Shown here piece by piece: positions 1 through 8,248 of a DNA stretch of 40,497 bases; position 1 is the stretch's first letter; each line of letters opens with the position of its first letter. This DNA is from Chitinivibrionales bacterium. Its GTDB lineage: Bacteria > Fibrobacterota > Chitinivibrionia > Chitinivibrionales > WJKA01. Both the position numbers and the translations under genes were made by a program. The DNA is taken from assembly GCA_038247415.1 (NCBI GenBank), contig JBBRUX010000036.1, forward strand, positions 1 through 40,497, given 5' to 3'. Below the pieces are notes generated by a model. It was not told the origin of the DNA and searched no databases. It was given only the letters and a program-made list of their open reading frames with translations.

Positions 1-151
1 GCCTTTAATCACCTTACCCGATACTTCTGCGCCGCGAACTCACAAGAATGACTCTCTCGGTGTGAAGCTTCCCGATACTGCGGTTCAAAGTCTTCCTGAG
101 CAAAAAAAGCCACAAGCATCGGAAGATACGCTTAAGCCCCCCTCGCAGTGA
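1..151 (+). CDS. Probable 3' end of a gene entering from outside the window (low-complexity Pro/Asp/Thr/Ser tail)
   Basis: The frame from position 2 is open to TGA at 149-151: PLITLPDTSAPRTHKNDSLGVKLPDTAVQSLPEQKKPQASEDTLKPPSQ*. It is too short to assign a function. Confidence 0.45.
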   Translation, partial: PLITLPDTSAPRTHKNDSLGVKLPDTAVQSLPEQKKPQASEDTLKPPSQ

Positions 152-270
152 TCCCTGGCACTATCGCTGATTTATATGATGAAGAGTGTGATGAAGATGG
201 TTTTTAAGGCACATTCACTTTTGAAACAAGCCGCGTACTTTGGTAGTCCCAATGTGGCAGGAGAAAAAAC

Positions 271-383
271 AATGGCAGAATCACGGATGAAGAGGATTAC
301 CCGGATGACACGGACAAGATAAAATGAAGGATAAAAAAATTAGTGGAATCTTTAAATCCGGGGCAGTCGGGGGTTCAGACAAT
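271..383. repeat. Degenerate palindromic element with 9-nt periodic (c/a)GGA(t/c) units
   Basis: Units CGGAT/AGGAT/CGGAT/CGGAC occur at 284, 293, 302 and 311. The right arm aatccggggcagtcgggggttcagacaat (355-383) is partly complementary to the left arm starting at 271 (about 11/17 terminal matches). It directly abuts a GxxExxY gene remnant. Confidence 0.5.
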
Positions 384-499
384 TGAAAGAAGTTCATTGG
401 GCGCAAACATTGAATTATCTCAAAGCTTACAGACTAGAAGTCGGGCTACTTATAAATTTTGGTGGCAAATGCATGGCGTTTAAAAGATTCGTTTTTTAA
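383..499 (+). pseudogene. C-terminal remnant of a GxxExxY (PD-(D/E)XK nuclease-like) gene
   Basis: Manual translation gives LKEVHWAQTLNYLKAYRLEVGLLINFGGKCMAFKRFVF*, matching the family C-terminal pattern H-x-AQ-x-LNYLKA...GLLINFG. The N-terminal GxxExxY part is absent and the fragment is below the ORF-track length cutoff. Confidence 0.8.
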
Positions 500-651
500 A
501 TCTGCCGGTCTCTCTAGTGATAGCACACAACACTTTATCGCGGTTTGGGTTGACTTCACCTACTACACTATTCTATTATACTAATGTATCTTATCAATAT
601 TGATTTATCTGATTTTGTAGCATTTAATTATACTTCATTCAAGGGGGCAGT

Positions 652-1215
652 ATGGTTTCTCGTCTTGGTGTTGCGCTTGTAAGTGTAGGGCTTGTTTTTG
701 CAATTGGGTGCGGCGGTCCAAAAACTACGCAGGCTCCCAAAGATACTTCTGGTATGCCAGCATTTGTGCTGAATCCTCCCAAGGAAGCGGGCGTTATATT
801 TGGAACGGGCATTGCCGAACAGCAGAGCGCACAATTGGCCAAAGAAACTGCCGATTTACGCGCACGTAAAGAAATAGCTGCCGTTCTTTCTACCAAAGTA
901 ACAAACATGCTTAAAGATTATCTTGGTCAAGCAGGGATAGGCTCGCAAGCCGAAGTAACCGAGCTTGCACAGTCGGTTACCCGCGCGATAACCGAAATGG
1001 AACTTGTTGGTGTTACTATTGATAAACGAGAATATATCGATGGTAAAATGTATTCTCTGGCCCGGTATCCCCTCGACGACTCAATGAAAAAACTTGTTCA
1101 AAATGCTGTGGGCAATGCTCTTACATCCAAAGAAGCGCTGTTAAGCCAGTTCCGCGCAAAACAAGGATTCGAAGAATTGGATAAGCAACTTGACAAAATG
1201 AAGGCTACTGAATAA
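652..1215 (+). CDS. LPP20-family-like lipoprotein
   Basis: Lipobox signal (LVFAIGC), a 'MPAFVLNPP...IFGTG.A...AKETADLRARKEIA' pattern typical of LPP20 domains, and an upstream RBS (aagggg). Confidence 0.7.
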   Translation: MVSRLGVALVSVGLVFAIGCGGPKTTQAPKDTSGMPAFVLNPPKEAGVIFGTGIAEQQSAQLAKETADLRARKEIAAVLSTKVTNMLKDYLGQAGIGSQAEVTELAQSVTRAITEMELVGVTIDKREYIDGKMYSLARYPLDDSMKKLVQNAVGNALTSKEALLSQFRAKQGFEELDKQLDKMKATE

Positions 1216-1306
1216 TGTAGTGTGCTTATCTTGGGTGCGCTCTTACGCAGGTGAGTGCGCTTCCATACTTCCACCGTGTACAATTCCCGATTTTGAAAGG
1301 TACCCT

Positions 1307-3079
1307 ATGAGATCTGTTTATGCATATTTGAGTTTAGCTGCACTGCTTGTTTCTTCCGCTGCCCTTTCTGCTCAGCAAATTAGCACCGAAGCAGGAAAAT
1401 ATGAACGCAAATCGGTAACCTATTTGAATGCTTTATGGCTTATGGATCAATCGGTGCGGGATATGCCTGCGCAAAAAGTTGGCGAGGTGCTGGATAAGGT
1501 AAAAGCCGGGTTGACCATGAAAAGGTTTGATTACAATCCGGTACCTGAGTTTATGGTGACCGATTTTGTCAATCAGGCTAATGCATTGGTATTTCCGGCA
1601 AGTGTAACTAATGCGCCATCCATTCCTGGGATTTCGGTAGGGTCAGATCCAATGCTTGATAGTATCGCCCAAGTTATGGAGCGGACTGTTGTACCCAAGA
1701 TCCTTGAAGTTGTTGACGCTGCCAAGGAAATGCGTGCTGCCAATCTGACCTCAGAACAACAGCGCAATTCCTTTATGGCCGATAAGGCCAAATCGCTTGG
1801 TATTACTATGGAAGATATCGATAAGGTCATGAATTCTGCGTATATTTTTGTTCCCCTTGCACGCCGTTTTCTTGGAGTACTCAGCGATTCAACGTATAAT
1901 GCCTCGATCGAACTTGGTATTGTCATGTTTCGCATTTCTATTAAAGATAGTGTGGCAAAAGCCGTGCCGGTTGTGCGCAAATTTACCTACTCGCAAGGGA
2001 ATTCTCGCCTGGGGAAAAATTATGCAGCCAAAGATGGTCTTATTGACTATCGCGAATTTGCCTTTCGGTCTGCAGTAAAAAATGCTGTTCGCAACCTGGT
2101 TGTTGCTGTCCAGGAAATCCCCGATTTTCGTTTGTCCGGACAAATTGTAGAAAAAAGATTTGGGTCGGTCGGGTTTGATCTTGGAAAGAACGAGGGGATC
2201 ATACTCGATGACAAATATCGTATTGTCGAATATGTAGAAGAAGCCGATGGAAAAATCAAACAGCAGAACAATGGCTGGATACGGGTAACCTCAGTTGGGG
2301 ATAGTGCTAAAAAAGAGGGATACAAATCGAAGGCATGCATTGTTTCTGGTCGTCCCTTTGTTGGTGCCGTATTGAGTGAGTATCCTCGGATTCCTATTGA
2401 TATCTCATTACGTTATCAGATGGTTGATGTTTCGCAAACTATAGATGATTCTGCTTCCAATTACTTTACTGGTCTTAAGCTCAATCCCTCGGTGCTTGGG
2501 TTTAATGTTGACGCTCAATATAATTTTGGCAGACGCTTAGGGCTAAGGCAGTTTTTTGTTGATATAGGTTTTGGAATGGGGACGGGAACAGCAGAAGGCT
2601 GGTTTAATCGGGATCCCTTGGCACCGGATCCAAGGCGTCTCGAAATTAAAACTTTGTCAACAATGTCGATAGATGTTTCAGTGCTTAAAAAGTTCTATGT
2701 GCGCCGATTGGCTTTGGATCTTTCGGTAGGATTTGGATACGAGGATGTTGCTGTGTATACTAAAAGCTCCGTGCTCGATACTGCTTTACGGTTAGATAAT
2801 GCGTCAATAGGGCTTGTTGTTGGGGGTGGGTTAGAGTTTGCTCTTTCGCCAGCGCTTAATTTTGGTGCTGGTGTCCAGTATCGAATGCTTGCAGAAAGTG
2901 CAGATTGGACTCGCCAGTCGCGAACCTCGGTGGCCGATAAATGGGGCAATAGTATTGATATTACCGACAAGACTCCTCTGAGTCACTCTGGGTTGACTTA
3001 TCGGGTATATTTTACGTGGTCGCCTCCAGCACTGCCGTTTGATCCGGTTGACATGATTCGCGGCAATATGGGAATCTGA
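1307..3079 (+). CDS. Exported protein with an FlgT-C-like middle domain and a probable C-terminal outer-membrane beta-barrel
   Basis: Preferred start is ATG 1307 (RBS gaaagg; signal peptide MRSVYAYLSLAALLVSSAALSA). 'SGQIVEK...VGFDLGKNEGIILDDKYRIVE' resembles FlgT C-terminal/CsgG-associated beta domains. The C-terminal third has amphipathic beta strands (FFVDIGFGMG, LDLSVGFGYE, VGGGLEFAL, LNFGAGVQYR, LTYRVYFTW). Confidence 0.6.
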   Translation: MRSVYAYLSLAALLVSSAALSAQQISTEAGKYERKSVTYLNALWLMDQSVRDMPAQKVGEVLDKVKAGLTMKRFDYNPVPEFMVTDFVNQANALVFPASVTNAPSIPGISVGSDPMLDSIAQVMERTVVPKILEVVDAAKEMRAANLTSEQQRNSFMADKAKSLGITMEDIDKVMNSAYIFVPLARRFLGVLSDSTYNASIELGIVMFRISIKDSVAKAVPVVRKFTYSQGNSRLGKNYAAKDGLIDYREFAFRSAVKNAVRNLVVAVQEIPDFRLSGQIVEKRFGSVGFDLGKNEGIILDDKYRIVEYVEEADGKIKQQNNGWIRVTSVGDSAKKEGYKSKACIVSGRPFVGAVLSEYPRIPIDISLRYQMVDVSQTIDDSASNYFTGLKLNPSVLGFNVDAQYNFGRRLGLRQFFVDIGFGMGTGTAEGWFNRDPLAPDPRRLEIKTLSTMSIDVSVLKKFYVRRLALDLSVGFGYEDVAVYTKSSVLDTALRLDNASIGLVVGGGLEFALSPALNFGAGVQYRMLAESADWTRQSRTSVADKWGNSIDITDKTPLSHSGLTYRVYFTWSPPALPFDPVDMIRGNMGI

Positions 3080-3129
3080 TGAGGAATACTCAGATTAGTG
3101 AAATGGATTAATTGATAAGAAAAAAGTAG

Positions 3130-3245
3130 TTGCAAAACTCGCATTCGTTTCGACAGGCTCAACGAGTGGTGATTCAAATCGCACCCTGAGGCCTTGATCC
3201 CTGAGCTTCTCGAAGGGTGTCCTAGAAGAGTTTTGCAATTGTCTC
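3130..3245. mobile_element. MITE/REPIN-like nested palindromic element (about 116 bp)
   Basis: Perfect 11-bp inverted repeats ttgcaaaactc (3130-3140) and gagttttgcaa (3228-3238) enclose a second inverted pair, ttcgacaggctca (3149-3161) and tgagcttctcgaa (3202-3214; 11/13 match). Confidence 0.6.
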
Positions 3246-3279
3246 GAAATATAATATTACTTTAATTGAGGAGAGAATT

Positions 3280-4506
3280 ATGCAAAAGTTGATACGTGCG
3301 CTTGTCCTTGTTTCTGCTGTAAGCGGTGTTTCGTATGCTAAAGACGTGCAGACAAATATTCCTGTTTCCAATCAGGCTACCTTTGTAGAAACCTATTCGC
3401 CAGCCGAGGTTACCATTCAGGCAACTGGCTTGGGTAAAAACGACAAAGAGGCAATTATCGATTTGAGAAAATGTGCCATTAATTATGTATTGGCATTAGG
3501 AACCGATCCGCTTCTTAATTCTGTTGCAGCAAAATCGGCTTTTAACGGCATTGCAGAAGAGTTTTTTGTTCCTGTTAATGTAGACAAATATATTGCATGG
3601 GAATCCGATAAAGTCGTGTCTGCCGTCAAGACAAAAATGCCCAATGGTAAAGATGGTATGAAAATTACCAAAGCTGTACGGGTAAACAAGAAAATGCTTA
3701 CCGATGATCTTTCAGCTAAAGGCATTGTTGCGTCAAACACCGAACTCTCCGATGCTATTGGTATGCCTACTATTATGGTAATCCCCGAAGTTCCTAAGGG
3801 TCAAACACCTTTGCAGGTTTTTGATTCCAATCCGTTAGCAAAGCACGCTGCTGCTGTTATCGAAAGCTACTTAACATCACGCAAATATGATGTTCTTGTT
3901 CCTAATGCAATAGATCAAATCAACGAACAAACAAAACTGCAAGGTGAGGTTAAAGGCGTAGAAGAAGATCCTTCGTATCAGCTTGCTTTGGCATTAGGTT
4001 CCGATATCTATATCGTTTTTGCCGGAATGGTGTATTCTGGTAATAAAGTTACACTTCAGCTCAAGGCATACGAAACTACCACAGGACGTTTGCTTGGCTC
4101 CGAAACCGGATACAGTGCTGCTCGCCCTGGCCCTGCCGAGCCTCTTGTTGAAGAAGCGGTTAATAGCGCTATTGACAAAGTGCTTCAGCGTCTGGTGACG
4201 TACTGGGGCGATGATATCAAAAAAGGAATTCAGTATAAGCTGATTTTCAAGAGTGTGTCAGGGGACATGTCGGAAGATGTTCAGGATAAGATCAGTGATG
4301 TGATGGACGAAGTTTTTGCATTGTCAAAGGAAAACGTTGTTTCGTCCAAGACACTCGATTATAATGTTTGGGCAAAGAAAGCTGATTTTAACAAATCGTC
4401 TAAGATCTATTCTTATTTTCGTGATAAGCTAAAAGCCCAGGCGAAATTATCAAAAATCAATATTAATAAGAAGCTTATTATTGTTGGTGTAGGCGCACCG
4501 GAATAA
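3280..4506 (+). CDS. Exported protein, DUF6175-like (CsgG/TolB-N-like alpha/beta middle domain)
   Basis: Signal peptide ending VSYA, RBS gaggag, and motifs 'MPTIMVIPE...YLTSRKYDVL...GSDIYIVF...LKAYETTTGRLLGS'. The family name is recalled from the PTIMVIP motif and was not searched. Confidence 0.55.
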   Translation: MQKLIRALVLVSAVSGVSYAKDVQTNIPVSNQATFVETYSPAEVTIQATGLGKNDKEAIIDLRKCAINYVLALGTDPLLNSVAAKSAFNGIAEEFFVPVNVDKYIAWESDKVVSAVKTKMPNGKDGMKITKAVRVNKKMLTDDLSAKGIVASNTELSDAIGMPTIMVIPEVPKGQTPLQVFDSNPLAKHAAAVIESYLTSRKYDVLVPNAIDQINEQTKLQGEVKGVEEDPSYQLALALGSDIYIVFAGMVYSGNKVTLQLKAYETTTGRLLGSETGYSAARPGPAEPLVEEAVNSAIDKVLQRLVTYWGDDIKKGIQYKLIFKSVSGDMSEDVQDKISDVMDEVFALSKENVVSSKTLDYNVWAKKADFNKSSKIYSYFRDKLKAQAKLSKININKKLIIVGVGAPE

Positions 4507-4540
4507 GAGGGCGACTATTAGTTAGGTTGATTGTGCTCTT

Positions 4541-4567
4541 GGGGTGCCGGTACGGTGCCCCTTTTTT
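4541..4567 (+). terminator. Intrinsic terminator candidate
   Basis: Hairpin ggggtgccg-gta-cggtgcccc (two G-U pairs) followed by T6. Confidence 0.6.
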
Positions 4568-4643
4568 GTTTGAGTACGCCTGGCACGGCGCACCTGCTTG
4601 ATGCGATTAAACCAAATGTAAATTTTATGAAAGGTTGGTACGT

Positions 4644-6404
4644 ATGAAAAATCGGTTGCTTTTAGGGTTAGTAGGATTATTTATGTGGGCTAGTATGGCC
4701 AGTGCTGCAAATGATTGGGTAACAACCAGCAGAGACATGGAATATCCCAACGATTTTTATTTTGTTGGCGTTGGCATGAGTGAACGAGGTGTTGATATTG
4801 CCAAACAAAATGCCATGGTAGAAGTAAAAAAACAGCTCTCCGTTTCGGTGAGTGCTTCTATGCTCGATGAGCAGAGTGCCATTAGTATTAATGGTAAAGG
4901 GATCAATGCGAGCAGGGTCGAATCGCGTGCACGCTTGGTTACCTCCGGGGATGTTTCGGGAATTGAGGTTGTTAAATCGGCGCAGCAAGGAAAGCTGTTT
5001 TATGCGCTTGCAGTGCTTGACAAGAAAAATTTTATAGCTGCCACCAAGGCAAAAATTGCAGATCTTAAAAAGCAGGTGTCGCAGCTTGTTGCAGCCATTC
5101 AAACCGATATTTCGGCAAACAAAATGGCTGCAGCACTTGTAAAGCTTTCGGTTGCACGTAAGAATATAATTTTGGCAGAAGAACAACGAACACTGCTTTC
5201 TGCAGCAGCACCTCCGACCGATGCCGAAAAACTCGATGTAACCCTCACTGATATTTCTCTCTTGTTCGAAAAATGTGTTGCCGGCATCCGTCTTTCAAAA
5301 ACCGGCGGAGACAATCAGGTCTTTGCTGTAGGGATGGTTCCCTCAGATCCGTTTGTGGTTACTGCTTCGGTAGAAGGGGGACCTGTTCCTTCGTTGCAGA
5401 TTAATTTGCTCGACGATAATAACAAGATTGCTCTCACACGGTTTACCGATGATAACGGTAAAGCCGAGTTTTCTGTGTCGGAGAAAGCGGATATGTCTGC
5501 GGGTACTCATAAGTATACAGCGGCAATTTTCATGAATGTGGGCTCGGAACTCAAAACCCGCCTGGCAGCGCAAAATCAGATCTTTGCCTATACTGTTCAA
5601 AGTAATCCTTGTTTCGCTAAAATCCTTGTTGATGTATCGGCTCCTTTAACATCCGGAAAAGAAGATATTGCCAAAAAAGTTATAGCTCGACTTTCTAAAT
5701 ATGATGTCAAGAATGATCCCGCTTCAGAATCAATTATTAAAGTATCGGTAGCTGCTACCGAAACCGGTAATGTTGCCGGATTATCCGAGAATAATTCGTT
5801 TGTTAAAACCGAAGTTTCACTCACTTTAGCGCTTACCGACGAGGATGGAAAAGATCTTGCATCTCTTACCGGTACCGGTAAAGGGATGGGCAGCACTCTT
5901 GTCAAAAGCACTATTGCAGGGATAGATAATGTCAAGCTTGAAGGTTCGATTAAAACAGTGCTGGAAAAAATATGTTCGGTAAAATCTATCCCCACATTAA
6001 AGATTGCCGTTTTTGAATTTAAGGATCGTACTGGGTATGCCTGGTGGTACGACATGGCGCAGGGGCTTACCGATATGCTGACAACTCAGCTTATTAATTC
6101 GGGCAAATTTGATGTCGTGGAACGGACTCAAATCAATCGGATCATGGAAGAAAAATCGCTTGCGCAAAGTGGGATAGTAGAAGAAAACGAAGCAATCCAG
6201 ATTGCCAAGGTTGCTAATGCAGATGTAATTCTTATTGGTACCGCTTCCATTGCAGGTAGCAAAATAGAAGCAGATGCCCGCATTGTTGATATGAAAACAG
6301 GTATTGCAAAGTGTGCAATGAGCTCGTCGTCCTATTCGCTTTCTGATCTTCGACTCATGGCCACCGAGATTGTGGGGCAGCTTAAGAGTAAATGCTGGAA
6401 ATAA
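4644..6404 (+). CDS. Exported multidomain protein: N-terminal LPP20-like domain, Ig-like middle, C-terminal CsgG/HfaB domain
   Basis: Start ATG 4644 with a signal peptide (..ASMASA). 'DWV..YPNDFYFVGVG..AKQNAMVEV' is LPP20-like. 'SKTGGDNQ..PFVVT..TDDNGKAEF' is Big/Ig-like. 'KIAVFEF..LTDMLTTQLINSGKFDVVERTQINRIMEE..ADVILIG' is CsgG/HfaB-like. Confidence 0.7.
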   Translation: MKNRLLLGLVGLFMWASMASAANDWVTTSRDMEYPNDFYFVGVGMSERGVDIAKQNAMVEVKKQLSVSVSASMLDEQSAISINGKGINASRVESRARLVTSGDVSGIEVVKSAQQGKLFYALAVLDKKNFIAATKAKIADLKKQVSQLVAAIQTDISANKMAAALVKLSVARKNIILAEEQRTLLSAAAPPTDAEKLDVTLTDISLLFEKCVAGIRLSKTGGDNQVFAVGMVPSDPFVVTASVEGGPVPSLQINLLDDNNKIALTRFTDDNGKAEFSVSEKADMSAGTHKYTAAIFMNVGSELKTRLAAQNQIFAYTVQSNPCFAKILVDVSAPLTSGKEDIAKKVIARLSKYDVKNDPASESIIKVSVAATETGNVAGLSENNSFVKTEVSLTLALTDEDGKDLASLTGTGKGMGSTLVKSTIAGIDNVKLEGSIKTVLEKICSVKSIPTLKIAVFEFKDRTGYAWWYDMAQGLTDMLTTQLINSGKFDVVERTQINRIMEEKSLAQSGIVEENEAIQIAKVANADVILIGTASIAGSKIEADARIVDMKTGIAKCAMSSSSYSLSDLRLMATEIVGQLKSKCWK

Positions 6405-6430
6405 GTTAAAATAACAATTCATGTCTTAAA

Positions 6431-6473
6431 AAAAAGGACAGAAATACAAAGGTGTTTCAGTCCTTTCTTATTT
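6431..6473. terminator. Intrinsic terminator, possibly bidirectional
   Basis: Stem aaaggac-a-gaaatac / gtgtttc-a-gtccttt, with an A-run before it and T-rich sequence after it, just downstream of the 4644-6404 stop. Confidence 0.7.
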
Positions 6474-6707
6474 AGACGTTTCTTTTGTGATGCACCTGAA
6501 AGCCTTGTCTAAAGAACCCTTCCACGGGATCTCTGGTACAATTTGGAACACCGCGCACTGTTCGCAATGAGCTCTTTGCAATGACTATCAATCTAATGCA
6601 TCTCCAATTCGTATATTTAAGCCGGTGAGACTTTGTTTGCTCTAGGATAGGCGTTTTTAGATATGCTCAATTAAATTTGTATTTTATTAAGAAACAATAG
6701 GTTACGA

Positions 6708-8090
6708 ATGAAAGATTTTTCTGTAGGCTCGATTCCCCGTCATCTAATCACTTTTGCGATTCCCATGATTATGTCTAGTCTTGTGCAGGCAATCTATGCT
6801 GTAATAGATGCAATTTGGGTTGGACGGCTTCTTGGGCATCAGGCCTTAGCTGCGGTTTCAACAACCATGCCAGTTATTTTCTTTTCTGCATCATTGATCA
6901 TAGGCGTGGGTATTGCTGCTGCAATTCTTACGGGTCAATCATTTGGGGCGAAAAATCTCGATCGATTGAGACTTGTTATCAGCAATTCACTTTTTATTTC
7001 GATTGGACTTTCTCTTGTTGTCACCGTGGTTGCACTGTGTGGTGCACGGCCGGTTCTTAAGCTTATCAATACTCCCGATAGCATTCTTGATACAGCAACG
7101 ACGTTTTTGCAGATCACAATTCTGGGGTTTGGTGGCGTTACTATTTATCAATGGTTCAATGGTTTGATGAATGGCCTTGGAAATGCGCGAACTCCCCTTT
7201 TAATGCAGCTTGCAACTATTGGACTTAACACTGTGTTGGCCCCGCTGTTGATACTCGGGATAGGAACCGGCAAGCCGCTTGGGGTTGCTGGTTCGGCGCT
7301 TGCAACATTAATTGCCAATGTTTTTGGGGTTATCCTTGTAATTATTCTGTATCGTCGCAATACGTTTTTGCGCACGCTGGGCTTTGCCTGGAAGTTTGAT
7401 TGGCCGCTTGCTAAAAAAATCCTGATTATGGGTATTCCCATGTCGTTACAAATGATTGTGGTGTCGGCAAGTTTTCTTCTCATCACGTCTCTTGTCAATA
7501 AATTCGGAGAGGCGGTTACCGCAGCGTTTGGGATTGGTAGTCGCGTTGATCAATTTGCATTTATGACGATCATTGCGGTGAGTGGCGCAATATCATCGAT
7601 GACTGCTCAAAATATTGGGGCCAACAAGGCAGAACGAATTCCTCTCATTATTCGATGGGGTCTTATTGTGTCAGTATGTTTTTCCTTGTTTTTCCTTGTT
7701 CTGGCATATGGCTTTGCAAAACCTATTGCGCATCTGTTTACCAATGATGCCTTGGTGGTACAGCACACTATTGCCTATTTCAAAATTGTGTGTTTTGCGT
7801 ATGTTGGATTTGCGATTCTGTTTAGTTTTCAAGGGGTGGTACGCGGCGCAGGAGACACGATGTCGTCTCTTATTATTGTTTCCTGTTCGATGATGTTTAT
7901 TCGAATCCCACTATGCTATTATCTTGCAGAAAAAACGTCTCTCCATGAATACGGCCTCTGGCTTGGTATGACAATAAGTATTCTGATAGGTGCTATTGTC
8001 TTTTGGCTCTATTATTTGAGTGGGCGCTGGAAACTGGCGGCTGCTAAGGGTCAAAGTATTCATGGGGCACCGGCTCCTTCTGTCGCCTAG
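6708..8090 (+). CDS. MATE family efflux transporter
   Basis: 460 aa with about 12 hydrophobic segments; motifs 'G.IPRHLITFAIP', 'DAIWVGRLLG..ALAAV', 'GLGNARTPL', 'AQNIGA', 'RGAGDT'. Confidence 0.93.
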   Translation: MKDFSVGSIPRHLITFAIPMIMSSLVQAIYAVIDAIWVGRLLGHQALAAVSTTMPVIFFSASLIIGVGIAAAILTGQSFGAKNLDRLRLVISNSLFISIGLSLVVTVVALCGARPVLKLINTPDSILDTATTFLQITILGFGGVTIYQWFNGLMNGLGNARTPLLMQLATIGLNTVLAPLLILGIGTGKPLGVAGSALATLIANVFGVILVIILYRRNTFLRTLGFAWKFDWPLAKKILIMGIPMSLQMIVVSASFLLITSLVNKFGEAVTAAFGIGSRVDQFAFMTIIAVSGAISSMTAQNIGANKAERIPLIIRWGLIVSVCFSLFFLVLAYGFAKPIAHLFTNDALVVQHTIAYFKIVCFAYVGFAILFSFQGVVRGAGDTMSSLIIVSCSMMFIRIPLCYYLAEKTSLHEYGLWLGMTISILIGAIVFWLYYLSGRWKLAAAKGQSIHGAPAPSVA

Positions 8091-8248
8091 CTCGAATAAA
8101 GACGTGCACATACGCCTTCGCGCATGGTTAAAGGCTATTTTTTCGGAATGCACGCTCCGTAACGTATTTTATTTAATTGTAATGCGCAGGGTATTCTCTT
8201 ACTATTGTAGATACTTTCTTTACTAAAAATTTAATCAAGGAGCGGTTA

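Noticed and set aside
1220..1306. N-terminal extensions in the ORF track (also 14287-14364, 16862-16945, 21165-21284, 28423-28476)
   Set aside because: Downstream ATGs fit better with RBS position, signal peptides or domain starts.
5990..6404. Curli secretion system (csgG)
   Set aside because: Only a CsgG/HfaB-like domain within a larger protein is present. There are no csgA/B/E/F-like genes, and the protein lacks a lipobox.
8091..8248. SAH or SAM riboswitch upstream of ahcY
   Set aside because: No recognisable conserved riboswitch core was seen and the region is mostly AT-rich. An Rfam/Infernal scan would be decisive.
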